A DNA stretch of 64,000 nucleotides from an uncultured Candidatus Saccharibacteria bacterium (GTDB lineage: Bacteria > Patescibacteriota > Minisyncoccia > Minisyncoccales > GWA2-38-27): assembly GCA_964469955.1 (NCBI GenBank), contig CAYXZK010000005.1:47410-111409 (forward strand). The letters run 5' to 3'. Below the pieces are notes generated by a model. It was not told where the DNA came from. It worked only from the letters and a program-made list of their open reading frames with translations, and made no database searches. Below, in pieces: positions 1 through 11,279 of this stretch; position 1 is the first letter of the stretch; each line of letters opens with the position of its first letter. Position numbers and translations under genes: made by a program.

Positions 1-93
1 GCCAAAAAATCGGGAAAACAAAGAAGAGAATTGCGTAAAAGCGTTTTACTTGGCAAGGTTGAAGCTAAAAAAATAAAAAAACTTTTAAAATAA
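1..93 (+). CDS. rpmI: 50S ribosomal protein L35, C-terminal fragment (window starts inside the gene)
   Basis: Frame-1 translation AKKSGKQRRELRKSVLLGKVEAKKIKKLLK* ends 1 nt before the rplT start. The position is the classical infC-rpmI-rplT arrangement. Confidence 0.6.
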   Translation, partial: AKKSGKQRRELRKSVLLGKVEAKKIKKLLK

Positions 94-94
94 T

Positions 95-448
95 ATGACA
101 AGGGTAAAAAGAGGGACAATAGCGCACAAAAGAAGAAAAAACGTATTAAAATATACTAAAGGTTTTAGGTGGGGCAGAAAATCAAAATACAAGGCTGCCA
201 AAGAAGCAATCCAACATGCTTGGACTTACGCCTATAGAGATAGGAGAAACAAGAAAAGAGACATCAGAAGATTTTGGCAAAACAGAATTAATTTCGCAAG
301 TCGAGAAATGGGAATCACTTACAGCCATTTTATGCAAGGAATGAAGAAGAAAAAGATTGAGATAGACAGAAAAATTCTTTCTCAAATAATAGAAGAAAAA
401 CCAGAAATTTTTAATAAAATAGCTGAAGAAATAAAAGCCAAATCATAA
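95..448 (+). CDS. rplT: 50S ribosomal protein L20
   Basis: 117 aa. The N-terminus MTRVKRGTIAHKRRKNVLKYTKGFRWGRKSKYKAAKE is characteristic of L20. Confidence 0.95.
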   Translation: MTRVKRGTIAHKRRKNVLKYTKGFRWGRKSKYKAAKEAIQHAWTYAYRDRRNKKRDIRRFWQNRINFASREMGITYSHFMQGMKKKKIEIDRKILSQIIEEKPEIFNKIAEEIKAKS

Positions 449-500
449 ATCTATAGGAGTTTGTAGGAATCAGACTCCTACAAAGCAAATTCCCCTCACA

Positions 501-546
501 AAAACCCTCTGTAGGAGTCAGACTTCTACAGAGGGTTTTCTTTTGC
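501..546 (+). terminator. Rho-independent terminator after rplT
   Basis: 13-bp stem AAACCCTCTGTAG / CTACAGAGGGTTT followed by a TC-TTTTG tract. A second, weaker hairpin lies just upstream at about 464-495. Confidence 0.6.
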
Positions 547-573
547 AAAGGGTTTTGGGTTTTATAGACTATT

Positions 574-1023
574 CTATAATTTAGTTTTTAGGAAATTATT
601 GGCTTTTTCGAGAATCTCTCTTGCCTTTCTAAAAGTAAGTTGTTCCATAGCTTCGGTATATGGCAACCATCTATAACCAGTATGTTCAAAAGAAATTCTA
701 ATTTCTTTTGTTTTTGTTTCGGCTAAATAAAAAGTAACTATTTTAAAAATAAAAGGAGCTTTCTCTTTTGACCCTCCTTTAAGATTATAAGTGTCCCTAA
801 AAGAATATTTTATCCATTCTTTAAAACCATCTATAATTTTAATATCTTGAACACCTGTTTCTTCCTCAACTTCTCTTTTGACTGTTTCTATTTCTGTTTC
901 GTTTTTCTCAATATGTCCTTTAGGTAAATCCCAATGACCTGCTTCATAATGTAAAAGCAGATATAAAATCTGATTACCTTCTTTTCGAAAAATCACAGCC
1001 CCAGCTGATGTTTCTTTTGGCAT
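574..1023 (-). CDS. NUDIX hydrolase
   Basis: 149 aa with a Nudix box (GHWDLPKGHIEKNETEIETVKREVEEETG). Confidence 0.85.
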   Translation of the reverse strand: MPKETSAGAVIFRKEGNQILYLLLHYEAGHWDLPKGHIEKNETEIETVKREVEEETGVQDIKIIDGFKEWIKYSFRDTYNLKGGSKEKAPFIFKIVTFYLAETKTKEIRISFEHTGYRWLPYTEAMEQLTFRKAREILEKANNFLKTKL

Positions 1024-1028
1024 ATTTT

Positions 1029-2759
1029 TTAGTTTTGTTTAAAATTGCTTAGAAGTTTCTGTAAAGAAAAGGTATTAATAATATTCTTGTTTTCTGCCCA
1101 GCCACGACGAGCTTGATAAACTCCGAATTCCATATATTTCATTTGATTTGCTTCGTGAGCGTCTGAATTAATAATTAATCTCACTTCCAGAGCAATAGCT
1201 CTTTTTATATAAATGTCATTCAAATCCAGTCTTTTGGGGGAAGAATTTATTTCTAAAATTGTATTAGTTTCTTTCGCTTTATCTAAAATATTTTCCATAT
1301 CTAAGCTATATGCGTCTCGCTTGCCCAAAAGCCGACCCGTTGGATGCGCAATTATATCAATATGAGGATTTTCCATAGCCGTGATAATCCTTTTGGTCAT
1401 TTTTTCTTTTGGCATCTTAAAGCTGGAATGAACTCCAGCAATAACGTAATCCATTCTCTTTAATATACTCTCTTTAATATCAACAGAACCATCATTTAAA
1501 ATATTAGTCTCGCAACCATGTAAAATTCTGAATTTAGAATTGCGCGCTTCAAATTCAAGGTTCAATTTATCAATCTCTTGGCGTTGTCTTATCAATTGTT
1601 TTTCATTTAATCCATTTTCAATCCGCAAAAATTTTGTATGATCGCTGATACCTAAATATGCGTAACCCAAAGAAATAGCCATATTTGCCATTGCCTTAAT
1701 TGAATTTTGCCCTCCATTCCAATTAGAATGGCAATGCAAGTCTCCTTTAACGTCTTCTAGTTTTATCAATTTCGGCAAATCTCCTTTTAAGCTTGCCTGA
1801 ATTTCCCCACGATTTTCTCTTATTTCGGGATAAATCCATTGCAATCCAAGTATTTTATAAACACTTTCTTCTGTTTTGCCAGCAATATATTTCTGTTTTT
1901 TAAAAACTCCGTATTCGTTTAGTTTAAACCCTTTTTCTAAAGCGATTCTCCTTAAAATAATATTATGCTCTTTAGAACCAGTAAAATATTGCAATGCCGC
2001 GCCATAGCTTTTTTCAGGCACAACTCTTATGTCTAAATCAAAACCATTTCTTGTTCTAATGGATGATTTTTTTAAACCTTTGCCCCAAATTTTAACAACT
2101 TCTGGTTGAGAAACAAAAAAATCCATTATCTTTTTTGGATTTTTTGAAACTACCAAAATGTCAATATCTCCAATTGTTTCTTGTTTTCTTCTAACGGAAC
2201 CAGCGCTAGAAATTTTTTGGACTTCTTTTAACTGCTTGAGATTATTCTTAATCTCTTCGGCTTTAGGTAAAATTTCAGACAAAAGAAACCGACCTTTGCT
2301 TTTTTTTAAAAAAGCGATTCCTTTTAAAATATTCTCTTCTGTTTTTAATCCAAATCCTGTCAAATCTCTAATTTTTCCTGTTCTTGCTTTTTTTTCTAAG
2401 TCTTTTAAGTTTTTTATTTTAAGTTTTTCAAAAAGAATTTTTGCTTTTTTGGGGCCCAGTCCTTCAACTTTTATTATTTCTTTTAGGTTTAAAGGGAATT
2501 TATTTTTAATTCCTTGATGATATTTAATTTTACCTGTTGTTAAATACTCTTCTATTTTTTTAGCGATATTTTTACCTATACTAGGAATTTTTTCAAGTTC
2601 TTTAACCCCCCCTTTTTTATAAACATCCTGAATGTCTTCTTCTAATTTCTCTAAAACATAAGAAGCTCTTCTATAAGCAGATGGCTTAAAGGCGACTTCA
2701 TGCGCCTGAAGATAATAGCTAATTTCGTAAAAAATCTTTGCCAAATCTTGATTTGTCAT
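1029..2759 (-). CDS. polX: DNA polymerase X family protein (Pol beta-like nucleotidyltransferase plus C-terminal PHP phosphoesterase)
   Basis: 576 aa. Has an N-terminal 8-kDa/HhH region, a [17 protein letters not shown] nucleotidyltransferase motif, and a [12 protein letters not shown]...SDHT motif. Confidence 0.9.
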   Translation of the reverse strand: MTNQDLAKIFYEISYYLQAHEVAFKPSAYRRASYVLEKLEEDIQDVYKKGGVKELEKIPSIGKNIAKKIEEYLTTGKIKYHQGIKNKFPLNLKEIIKVEGLGPKKAKILFEKLKIKNLKDLEKKARTGKIRDLTGFGLKTEENILKGIAFLKKSKGRFLLSEILPKAEEIKNNLKQLKEVQKISSAGSVRRKQETIGDIDILVVSKNPKKIMDFFVSQPEVVKIWGKGLKKSSIRTRNGFDLDIRVVPEKSYGAALQYFTGSKEHNIILRRIALEKGFKLNEYGVFKKQKYIAGKTEESVYKILGLQWIYPEIRENRGEIQASLKGDLPKLIKLEDVKGDLHCHSNWNGGQNSIKAMANMAISLGYAYLGISDHTKFLRIENGLNEKQLIRQRQEIDKLNLEFEARNSKFRILHGCETNILNDGSVDIKESILKRMDYVIAGVHSSFKMPKEKMTKRIITAMENPHIDIIAHPTGRLLGKRDAYSLDMENILDKAKETNTILEINSSPKRLDLNDIYIKRAIALEVRLIINSDAHEANQMKYMEFGVYQARRGWAENKNIINTFSLQKLLSNFKQN

Positions 2760-3388
2760 AAATCTCTAGGTCTCCCAAAGGGAAAATAGTGCATAAAAGG
2801 ATGCTCGCGTGGCAAAATATAATTGTACGCGCCTAAAAGCAATAAAGACGAGAGAATGCTAGATGTTCCAACTATAATAAGGACCGCATTAAACCCATAA
2901 ATAGAAGCCATAATTCCTCCAATTCCTCCTGTAATTCCTACACCAAGACCGACAAAAGTGCTATCTATTGCCCATCCAAAAGCTGCTTTATTCTTATTAA
3001 TGTGTCTGGTAAAAATAGCACACCAAGAAGGATAAAACAAAGCCATGCCCAATGCATTCAATGTCTGAAGAAGATAAATATGCCAAACGCAAGAAGAAAC
3101 CAAAAAACCAAAAGGAACTAAACCAGTTAGAAATAATCCTAAAACCATAAACCAATAATCATCCTTCTCGCCATGGACGCGATCTAAAAATCGGCTAATT
3201 GGAATTTGTAGAATTGATTTCACGGTCCAATAAATCAAAGCAGCGAAACCGGCAATCTCGACCGCTTGCGTCGCATCTCCATTAACAACGTTTTTCAAAA
3301 TAAAAATGGCGAAAATAGGGCTAAACAAACCCCATGAAGCAAATAGAAAAAAATCACTAGCTATTAAAAATTTTATAACTACATTCAT
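2756..3388 (-). CDS. Integral membrane protein (about 6 TM, MFS-like half-transporter?)
   Basis: 210 aa and very hydrophobic. It overlaps the polX start by 4 nt (ATGA), which suggests co-transcription. Confidence 0.45.
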   Translation of the reverse strand: MNVVIKFLIASDFFLFASWGLFSPIFAIFILKNVVNGDATQAVEIAGFAALIYWTVKSILQIPISRFLDRVHGEKDDYWFMVLGLFLTGLVPFGFLVSSCVWHIYLLQTLNALGMALFYPSWCAIFTRHINKNKAAFGWAIDSTFVGLGVGITGGIGGIMASIYGFNAVLIIVGTSSILSSLLLLGAYNYILPREHPFMHYFPFGRPRDL

Positions 3389-3542
3389 TGAATTAGATTT
3401 ATTTATGAAACACTTGTTGTCTTCTGTTATTTTATATTATCAGAATCTTAAACGCAACCATTAGTCAGCCAGCAACAAATAGCAAACACGCAAACAATAT
3501 AAAAAAGGTTGACCTCTCGTGCATATAAATTAGAATATAAAT

Positions 3543-4277
3543 ATGCAACAAAAAAACTGGGAAAAAGAAAAAGAAAAAGAATGGAAAGAAAATTCTGATT
3601 TTTGGATTAAAATTATCCGTGAGAAATTAGACCCTTTTCGAGAACAACTAACCAATAAAGCTGTCCTTAGTCCTGTTAGAGAAAGAAAAAATTTAAGAAT
3701 TCTTGACGCTGGATGCGGGGAAGGTTATTTGTGCAGAAAATTAGTAAAAATGGGACATAAGGTTGTTGGCATAGATTCCTCTGAAAGATTGATTAAAGCA
3801 GCAATAGAATTAGAAAAGAAAAAACCTTTAGGAATAAAGTATCTCTTAGGAGATATAAGAAAAACAAAGATCGCTTCTGCTTCTTTTGACGTAATTCTTT
3901 CTCATCAAGTTATTAACGAAATAGAAAATCCTGAAAAAGGGTTTCAAGAATTTTATAGAATTTTAAAAAGAAAAGGAGAGATAGTCTGTCTTTTCTTGCA
4001 TCCTTGCTTTGATTTCAAAAAACCAAATTCTTTAGATTATTTTAGTAAAAAGAAAATAGAAAAAAAACATTTTCTTGTAAGCGGGATCAGGTCGCCCTAT
4101 TCTTATTCTTATATCCATTTACCTCTCTCGGAATGGATAAATATATTAGTCAAAGCAAGTTTTTTAATTTTAGACATTAAAGAACCGCACCCATCCGCGC
4201 GATTTTTCAAAAATAAATGGTGGCAAGAAAATTTCAGTCGCCCCCGTTTTCTTTTGATAAGAGCTAAAAAGAACTGA
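3543..4277 (+). CDS. Class I SAM-dependent methyltransferase (small-molecule type)
   Basis: Motif I LDAGCGEGYLCRKL. Has a methyltransferase type 11 pattern and no DNA-MTase motifs. Confidence 0.8.
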   Translation: MQQKNWEKEKEKEWKENSDFWIKIIREKLDPFREQLTNKAVLSPVRERKNLRILDAGCGEGYLCRKLVKMGHKVVGIDSSERLIKAAIELEKKKPLGIKYLLGDIRKTKIASASFDVILSHQVINEIENPEKGFQEFYRILKRKGEIVCLFLHPCFDFKKPNSLDYFSKKKIEKKHFLVSGIRSPYSYSYIHLPLSEWINILVKASFLILDIKEPHPSARFFKNKWWQENFSRPRFLLIRAKKN

Positions 4278-4281
4278 TCTC

Positions 4282-5502
4282 TTAAGTTTGTTTTGAGAAA
4301 TGATAATTTCTATATAAGCTATCTAGAAACTCTAAGACAACAGGATCGTCTATAAGAAGTTCTATCTTTTTAATCCATTTAGATATGGGAAAATTTTTAT
4401 TGTTCTCCCAATGCTGAAGAGCTTGCATCAACAACATAGCCCAGTAAATTTGATTAACAAAATTTCCTTCTGGGCTTTTTCTTTTTTCACAATCATCCCA
4501 CAAATAAACTATTTTTTCTTTTAGGGTTTTGGGAAGTCCTGAAACAAGAGACTGGATAGATTTTCTATTTTTAACATTCTTATCTTTATCTTTCGCGCTT
4601 TTCGTATAAACTTTAGCCATTTCATAAATCAAACTCATTTTAAGCATCTTTCCAACATTTAAACTTTCTTTCTGCCTAACTTTTTTCGCTATTGCGTCTT
4701 TTGTTGGTTTTTCTTTTATTTTAGAAAGAACCCAAACAGCTATTGCTAATAAAAAGGCATCTTCGGCAACAGCGCTTTCTTCTTTAACGTTTTTCAATAT
4801 TCCCTCATTGCTCTTGATTGATTTAAATTTACCTACTTTTAAAATAAACTCAATCTCATTTTTAGCTACTTTATTTTTATTTTTATAAAATTTTTCTTCT
4901 ACTTGTTCTAAAAAATTACGCAAAATAGGATTATCCACAACTTCTTCTATCTCTTCCCACCATCCGATAACAGGCGAATCTGGCTTTGCTCCCCAATATT
5001 CCAATGCTTGAATCAAAGTCTCTATTTTATCTCCTTGTTTTGAAAAAATCCCTTCAGGAGAATTCATTTTTTCATAATTCATCCAACTATCAATTATCTC
5101 TTTTTTAATTTCTTTTGGAAGAGATTCGACAAGAGTATTTAGGGCTTCATCTTCTTTTTTAAATTTTATCTGCGCCCTTTCGTTCTTCAATTTTTTGGGC
5201 AACCTAATCCACCTTTTTAAAAACTCTTTCCTTTTCTTTCTGTCTTTTGGCAATAACCCCCAATAAGGACTCATGTCGCCTGCGTAAACTTCGCAGAGGT
5301 CATGCACGAGACTTATCTTAATAATCTTTTCTAAGTTTAAACAAGGTTTTACTTTTAACGCCAAAATCCAATTCAATACAGCTACTCTAAAAATATGTTG
5401 AGCAATTGTTTCTGGGTCTTTAATTTCCAACCAAACAAAACCGCTTCTTCGCATTTTTTTAAGTTTTCCGATTTCAGTAAGAAAATAAACAATCTCTTTC
5501 AT
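4282..5502 (-). CDS. Tandem HD-domain protein (YfbR-like 5'-deoxynucleotidase fold, second copy degenerate)
   Basis: The N-terminal half has H...HDLCEVYAGD and a YfbR-like helical layout. The C-terminal half repeats that layout, but SLIYEMAKVY replaces the HD...D metal ligands. Confidence 0.65.
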   Translation of the reverse strand: MKEIVYFLTEIGKLKKMRRSGFVWLEIKDPETIAQHIFRVAVLNWILALKVKPCLNLEKIIKISLVHDLCEVYAGDMSPYWGLLPKDRKKRKEFLKRWIRLPKKLKNERAQIKFKKEDEALNTLVESLPKEIKKEIIDSWMNYEKMNSPEGIFSKQGDKIETLIQALEYWGAKPDSPVIGWWEEIEEVVDNPILRNFLEQVEEKFYKNKNKVAKNEIEFILKVGKFKSIKSNEGILKNVKEESAVAEDAFLLAIAVWVLSKIKEKPTKDAIAKKVRQKESLNVGKMLKMSLIYEMAKVYTKSAKDKDKNVKNRKSIQSLVSGLPKTLKEKIVYLWDDCEKRKSPEGNFVNQIYWAMLLMQALQHWENNKNFPISKWIKKIELLIDDPVVLEFLDSLYRNYHFSKQT

Positions 5503-5559
5503 AGTTTTTTTATTTAAATTATTGGATTACGCAATTTTAAATAATAAATAATCAAATCA

Positions 5560-5596
5560 GACAGAATAAATGCGCGGATTTAAACCCGCGCATTTA
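5560..5596 (-). terminator. Hairpin downstream of greA (possible terminator)
   Basis: 10-bp stem AAATGCGCGG / CCGCGCATTT with an 8-nt loop. The flanking U-tract is poor. Confidence 0.4.
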
Positions 5597-5610
5597 TCAA
5601 TTTCTATAAA

Positions 5611-6087
5611 TTAGCTTGTGTATCTAATTCTTTTTATTTTATAAATCATTTTTGTTGAAGAATTAATTGTAACTTCATCGCCGATTTTACACCCCAAAAG
5701 AGCTCTCCCAACCGGAGACTCATTACTAATCTTTCCAAAAGAAGGATTGGCTTCTAGTGTTCCTACAATCTTGAATTCATCTTTGCGTCCATTTACGTCA
5801 ACTAAAACTTCGGCCCCGATTGAGACAACATCCTTTCTATTTTTTAAAGGAGGTTTTATTAGTTCTACGTTCTTAAAGATATACTCTAACTCAAGAATTC
5901 TCATTTCAAGAAAATCCAAATTCTCTTGAAATGAAAAATATTCTGGGTTTGGGTCTTCAGAATGTAAAACTTCTGGAGCTCCGTCTAGTTCTGCTTTAGA
6001 CTTTTTGATATTTGTCAATTTCTGATATTCTTTTTTTAAATTTTCTAATCCTTCTGTTGTTAAATAGTACTTTCTTTGCATTGCCAT
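5611..6087 (-). CDS. greA: Transcription elongation factor GreA
   Basis: 158 aa with an N-terminal coiled coil and a C-terminal FKBP-like domain. Confidence 0.9.
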   Translation of the reverse strand: MAMQRKYYLTTEGLENLKKEYQKLTNIKKSKAELDGAPEVLHSEDPNPEYFSFQENLDFLEMRILELEYIFKNVELIKPPLKNRKDVVSIGAEVLVDVNGRKDEFKIVGTLEANPSFGKISNESPVGRALLGCKIGDEVTINSSTKMIYKIKRIRYTS

Positions 6088-6222
6088 ATTTCTTTCTTGA
6101 TAAAAATTAACTGATTGCTTTTTCTGTTCTATTTTTTAAACAACAAAATAAAAAATTAGTGTGCTTAAAGATATATTTCTGATATTTATAATACTATTCT
6201 GACCAAAAACTCTTGTCAAGCC

Positions 6223-7869
<1,647 letters not shown>

Positions 7870-7987
7870 TTACAGCAATAGTTAAAATTGGCATTCTGCT
7901 CAAATTTTGCTACCGCTCTAAGCAATAATATAATTTAACGATTAAAAAATTTCTGTTTTATTCTTGTTACGGTAATCATCGTTTAAA

Positions 7988-8278
7988 TTATTCAATAATA
8001 GCTAGAATATCTTCTTCTTTCGCGATTAAATAATCCTTGCCTTCTATTTTTATTTCATTTGGACCGTATTTTGTAAAAAAAACTTTATCACCTATTTTTA
8101 CGTTAATAGGTATAATTTTACCAGAAGATGTTGTTTTGCCAGGTCCAACGGCAATAATTTTACCTTGTTCCGGTCTCTCTTTTTCGGCTGTTTGCGGAAG
8201 AAAAATTCCGGTTTTTGTTTTCTCTTCTTCTTTAGCAGGTTCAATAAGAATATGGTCTGAAAGAGGTTTTATGTTCAT
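7988..8278 (-). CDS. groS: Co-chaperonin GroES (10 kDa)
   Basis: Start set to the internal ATG giving MNIKPLSDHILIEP... (96 aa). The longer ORF start at 8314 adds a hydrophobic extension unlikely to be real. Confidence 0.93.
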   Translation of the reverse strand: MNIKPLSDHILIEPAKEEEKTKTGIFLPQTAEKERPEQGKIIAVGPGKTTSSGKIIPINVKIGDKVFFTKYGPNEIKIEGKDYLIAKEEDILAIIE

Positions 8279-8520
8279 AAAAACAACAAACAACGAATAA
8301 CAAATAATGAACAATAAGAAACATTTTAACGTTTATCAATCTGTTCATTAGTCGCTCTCCGTTATTTTTTTAAAAATAAATTATAAATTATTAATTAATG
8401 GGTAATAATCTATTTTAAGAATAATAAAAAATATGTCAAGTTTTATTCTGTTATCTATGTTCTAAGCAAAATTGACTAACAATGATTGACTTTAAAATAA
8501 AATCTTGTTAATATTGGTTT

Positions 8521-8886
8521 ATGATAACAGGATTGTTTTTTAATATTTTGGCTGGAATATTGGGAATTTTTTTATCAGCTCGTTTTATTCCAGGGATAGC
8601 TTTTTTCGGAGATACGTATATGTTAATCATAATAGGTAGTCTTCTGGGAGGAATTAATTTCTTCATCAAGCCAATTTTAAAAACAATAACTCTTCCTTTA
8701 AGGATTCTAACTTTTGGATTGTTCACGTTAGTAATCAATATGGGTTTAATCTGGATAGTGGAAATAATCTTTCCAAAAGATTTAGAGATATCCGGGATTG
8801 TTCCTCTTTTTTATGCCACGCTCGTAATCTGGGTTTTAAATTTGATTTTTGGATCATACAATGACAGGGAAAACAGAAAAAAATAA
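8521..8886 (+). CDS. DUF360 / phage-holin-4_2-like small membrane protein
   Basis: 121 aa with 4 TM helices. Resembles YvlD-like small membrane proteins. Confidence 0.55.
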   Translation: MITGLFFNILAGILGIFLSARFIPGIAFFGDTYMLIIIGSLLGGINFFIKPILKTITLPLRILTFGLFTLVINMGLIWIVEIIFPKDLEISGIVPLFYATLVIWVLNLIFGSYNDRENRKK

Positions 8887-8915
8887 AAAATAAAAACATA
8901 AAGGAACATCAATAT

Positions 8916-9134
8916 ATGGAAAAATTTATATTAATCGCTCAAATCATTGTTTCTATTCTATTAATGATTTTTATTCTCCTACAACAAAGAGGAACCGCTA
9001 TGGGTTCCGCTTTTGGAGGAGGAAGCGAAGGCTTTTACTCAACGCGAAGAGGCGCGCAGAAAAAAATTTATTGGGCAGCTATAGTTTGTGGAATTTTATT
9101 TATTCTTCTCGCGGCCCTAAACCTCTTTATCTAA
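8916..9134 (+). CDS. secG: Preprotein translocase subunit SecG
   Basis: 72 aa with two TM helices flanking a LLQQRGTAMGSAFGGG loop, which is typical of SecG. Confidence 0.75.
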   Translation: MEKFILIAQIIVSILLMIFILLQQRGTAMGSAFGGGSEGFYSTRRGAQKKIYWAAIVCGILFILLAALNLFI

Positions 9135-9170
9135 GCACAATCTTCTAACCCATCTAATTATTTAACCGAA

Positions 9171-11195
9171 ATGCCCTTGTCTCTCAGAAAAAGAAACCTT
9201 AGATTACCCTCTCGGCAACAATGGACGCAATTCTTCAAAGTCTTAACAAAAAAAGAGAAAATCGTCTTTTTTGTTTTCTTTGTTTTTGCCCTAATCAGTT
9301 TTTCCTTGATTGCTTTTAATTTTTACTTTGAAAATACCGAAATAGCAGCCTCTCAAGGCGGAACTTACACTGAAGGAGTAATCGGACAGCCAAGATTCAT
9401 TAATCCAGTTTATGCTAATTCTGACATTGACAGAGATTTAGTTGAATTAATCTTTTCTGGTTTAATGAAATATGACAAAAACTTAGAAATAGTGCCTGAC
9501 ATAGCGCGAGATTATCCTGAAATTGAGGAGCAAGGAAAAATTTACAAATTTTTCTTAAAAGAAAATATTTTTTGGCAAGATGGCGTTCAACTAACGGCAG
9601 ACGATATAGTCTTCACAATAAAAACAATCCAGAGCTCGGATTATAAAAGCCCACTAATCGCAAATTGGGTCGGAGTAGAAGTTGAAAAAATTGATAAACT
9701 TGGAATTAAATTTGAGTTAAAAAAACCATACAGCTCTTTTCTTGAAAATTGCACCCTAAAAATTATACCAAAACATATCTGGGAAAACGTCTCATCGCAA
9801 AATTTTCCACTCAGCGCTTATAATTTAGAACCGATTGGTTCGGGTCTTTATAAAATTAAAAAAATAAAATCCAGCGCTTCTGAAAAAATAGACTCTTTAA
9901 TATTAACGCCAAACCCTTCGTATTTTGGAAAAAAGGCAAATATATCTAAAATTGAATTTCTCTTCTTTGATAACAAGAAAAAGTTGACTGAAGCGACTAT
10001 ATACGGAAATATCAATGGCTTGTCCTCAAGTTCTCTGATCAATATTGATGAATTTCAAAATCTTTTCACAGGCTTAGATAAAGAAAACTGGAAAAAATAC
10101 TATTTTTCTTTACCAAGATATTTTGCGGTTTTTTTAAATCCTGAAAATTCAGAAATTCTATTCCAGAAAGAAATACGTTTGGCTTTAAATTATGCTACAA
10201 ACAAAGAAGAAGTCGTTAATAAAATATCAGGAATTTCTTATCCAGAAGTCGTTGATTCGCCTATTTTACCTAAAATTTACGGGTTTGATCCACCGCTTAA
10301 TATCTATGAATTCAACCCTGAAAAAGCAAAAGAAATTCTTACGGAAATCGGATTTGAAGACTATGACCAGGACGGCTTTAGGGAAAAAATTATTCAAAGA
10401 GAACAAGCCTTTACTTTCACGAGCAAACTTCAAGAAGGTTCTGAAGGAACACAAGTCAGCGAACTTCAAAAATGTTTGGCGAAATTTCCGGAAATCTACC
10501 CATCAGGAGAAATCTGTGGTTATTTTGGTTCAAAAACAAAACAAGCTGTCATCAATTTTCAAGAAAAATATTCAAAAGATATTTTAGATCCATGGGGATT
10601 TAAAAAAGGAACAGGTATAGTCAGCGAAACAACACGCGCGAAACTAAACGAGATTTGTTTTGATAATTCAGAAAAAATTATACCTTTACAATTTTCTTTA
10701 GTCACGGTTGACCAACCGCAATTAATCAAAGTCGCGGAACTTCTAAAGCAACAATGGCAGGAAATTGGAATTAACACTAATATTGAAAAATTCCCGATAT
10801 CTGAATTAGAACAAAATTTTATCAGACCTAGAAATTACGAAAGTTTACTTTTTGGCGAAGTATTGGGTTCGCTGCCAGATCCTTTCCCTTTTTGGCACTC
10901 TTCGCAAAATATAGACCCTGGATTAAACTTATCAATATATAACAACAAAGAAGCCGATGTTCTTTTGGAAAAAATTAGAACATCTTTAAGTACTGAAGAA
11001 AAAAATAAACAATTAGAATTATTACAAGATATTTTAATAGAAGATGTTCCAGCGGTATTTTTATATAGCTTGGACTACGCTTATTTTGTTTCAGAAGAAG
11101 TTAAGGGCATAGAATCTGGAAAAATTGTAGATCCATCAAAACGTTTTTCTAGAATTCAAGATTGGTATATAAAGACAAAAAGAGTTTGGAAATAA
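9171..11195 (+). CDS. Family-5 solute-binding protein (OppA/DppA-like) with N-terminal membrane anchor and an inserted peptidoglycan-binding (PG_binding_1-like) domain
   Basis: 674 aa. SBP_bac_5-like N- and C-lobes are interrupted by LQKCLAKFPEIYPSGEICGYFGSKTKQAVINFQEKY...GIVSETTRAKLNEIC. No ABC permease or ATPase genes are adjacent. Confidence 0.7.
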   Translation: MPLSLRKRNLRLPSRQQWTQFFKVLTKKEKIVFFVFFVFALISFSLIAFNFYFENTEIAASQGGTYTEGVIGQPRFINPVYANSDIDRDLVELIFSGLMKYDKNLEIVPDIARDYPEIEEQGKIYKFFLKENIFWQDGVQLTADDIVFTIKTIQSSDYKSPLIANWVGVEVEKIDKLGIKFELKKPYSSFLENCTLKIIPKHIWENVSSQNFPLSAYNLEPIGSGLYKIKKIKSSASEKIDSLILTPNPSYFGKKANISKIEFLFFDNKKKLTEATIYGNINGLSSSSLINIDEFQNLFTGLDKENWKKYYFSLPRYFAVFLNPENSEILFQKEIRLALNYATNKEEVVNKISGISYPEVVDSPILPKIYGFDPPLNIYEFNPEKAKEILTEIGFEDYDQDGFREKIIQREQAFTFTSKLQEGSEGTQVSELQKCLAKFPEIYPSGEICGYFGSKTKQAVINFQEKYSKDILDPWGFKKGTGIVSETTRAKLNEICFDNSEKIIPLQFSLVTVDQPQLIKVAELLKQQWQEIGINTNIEKFPISELEQNFIRPRNYESLLFGEVLGSLPDPFPFWHSSQNIDPGLNLSIYNNKEADVLLEKIRTSLSTEEKNKQLELLQDILIEDVPAVFLYSLDYAYFVSEEVKGIESGKIVDPSKRFSRIQDWYIKTKRVWK

Positions 11196-11279
11196 TTCTA
11201 AAATTGTTAAGGTTCTCACGATAATCAATAATCAGGACCAAATAATTAGTAATTAAAGCTAAATGATCAGTGCTAAATT

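Noticed and set aside
8279-8520. Search for a CIRCE (TTAGCACTC-N9-GAGTGCTAA) heat-shock operator upstream of groES
   Set aside because: Only a partial half-site-like TTAGTCGCTC was found, with no inverted partner. No CIRCE was called.
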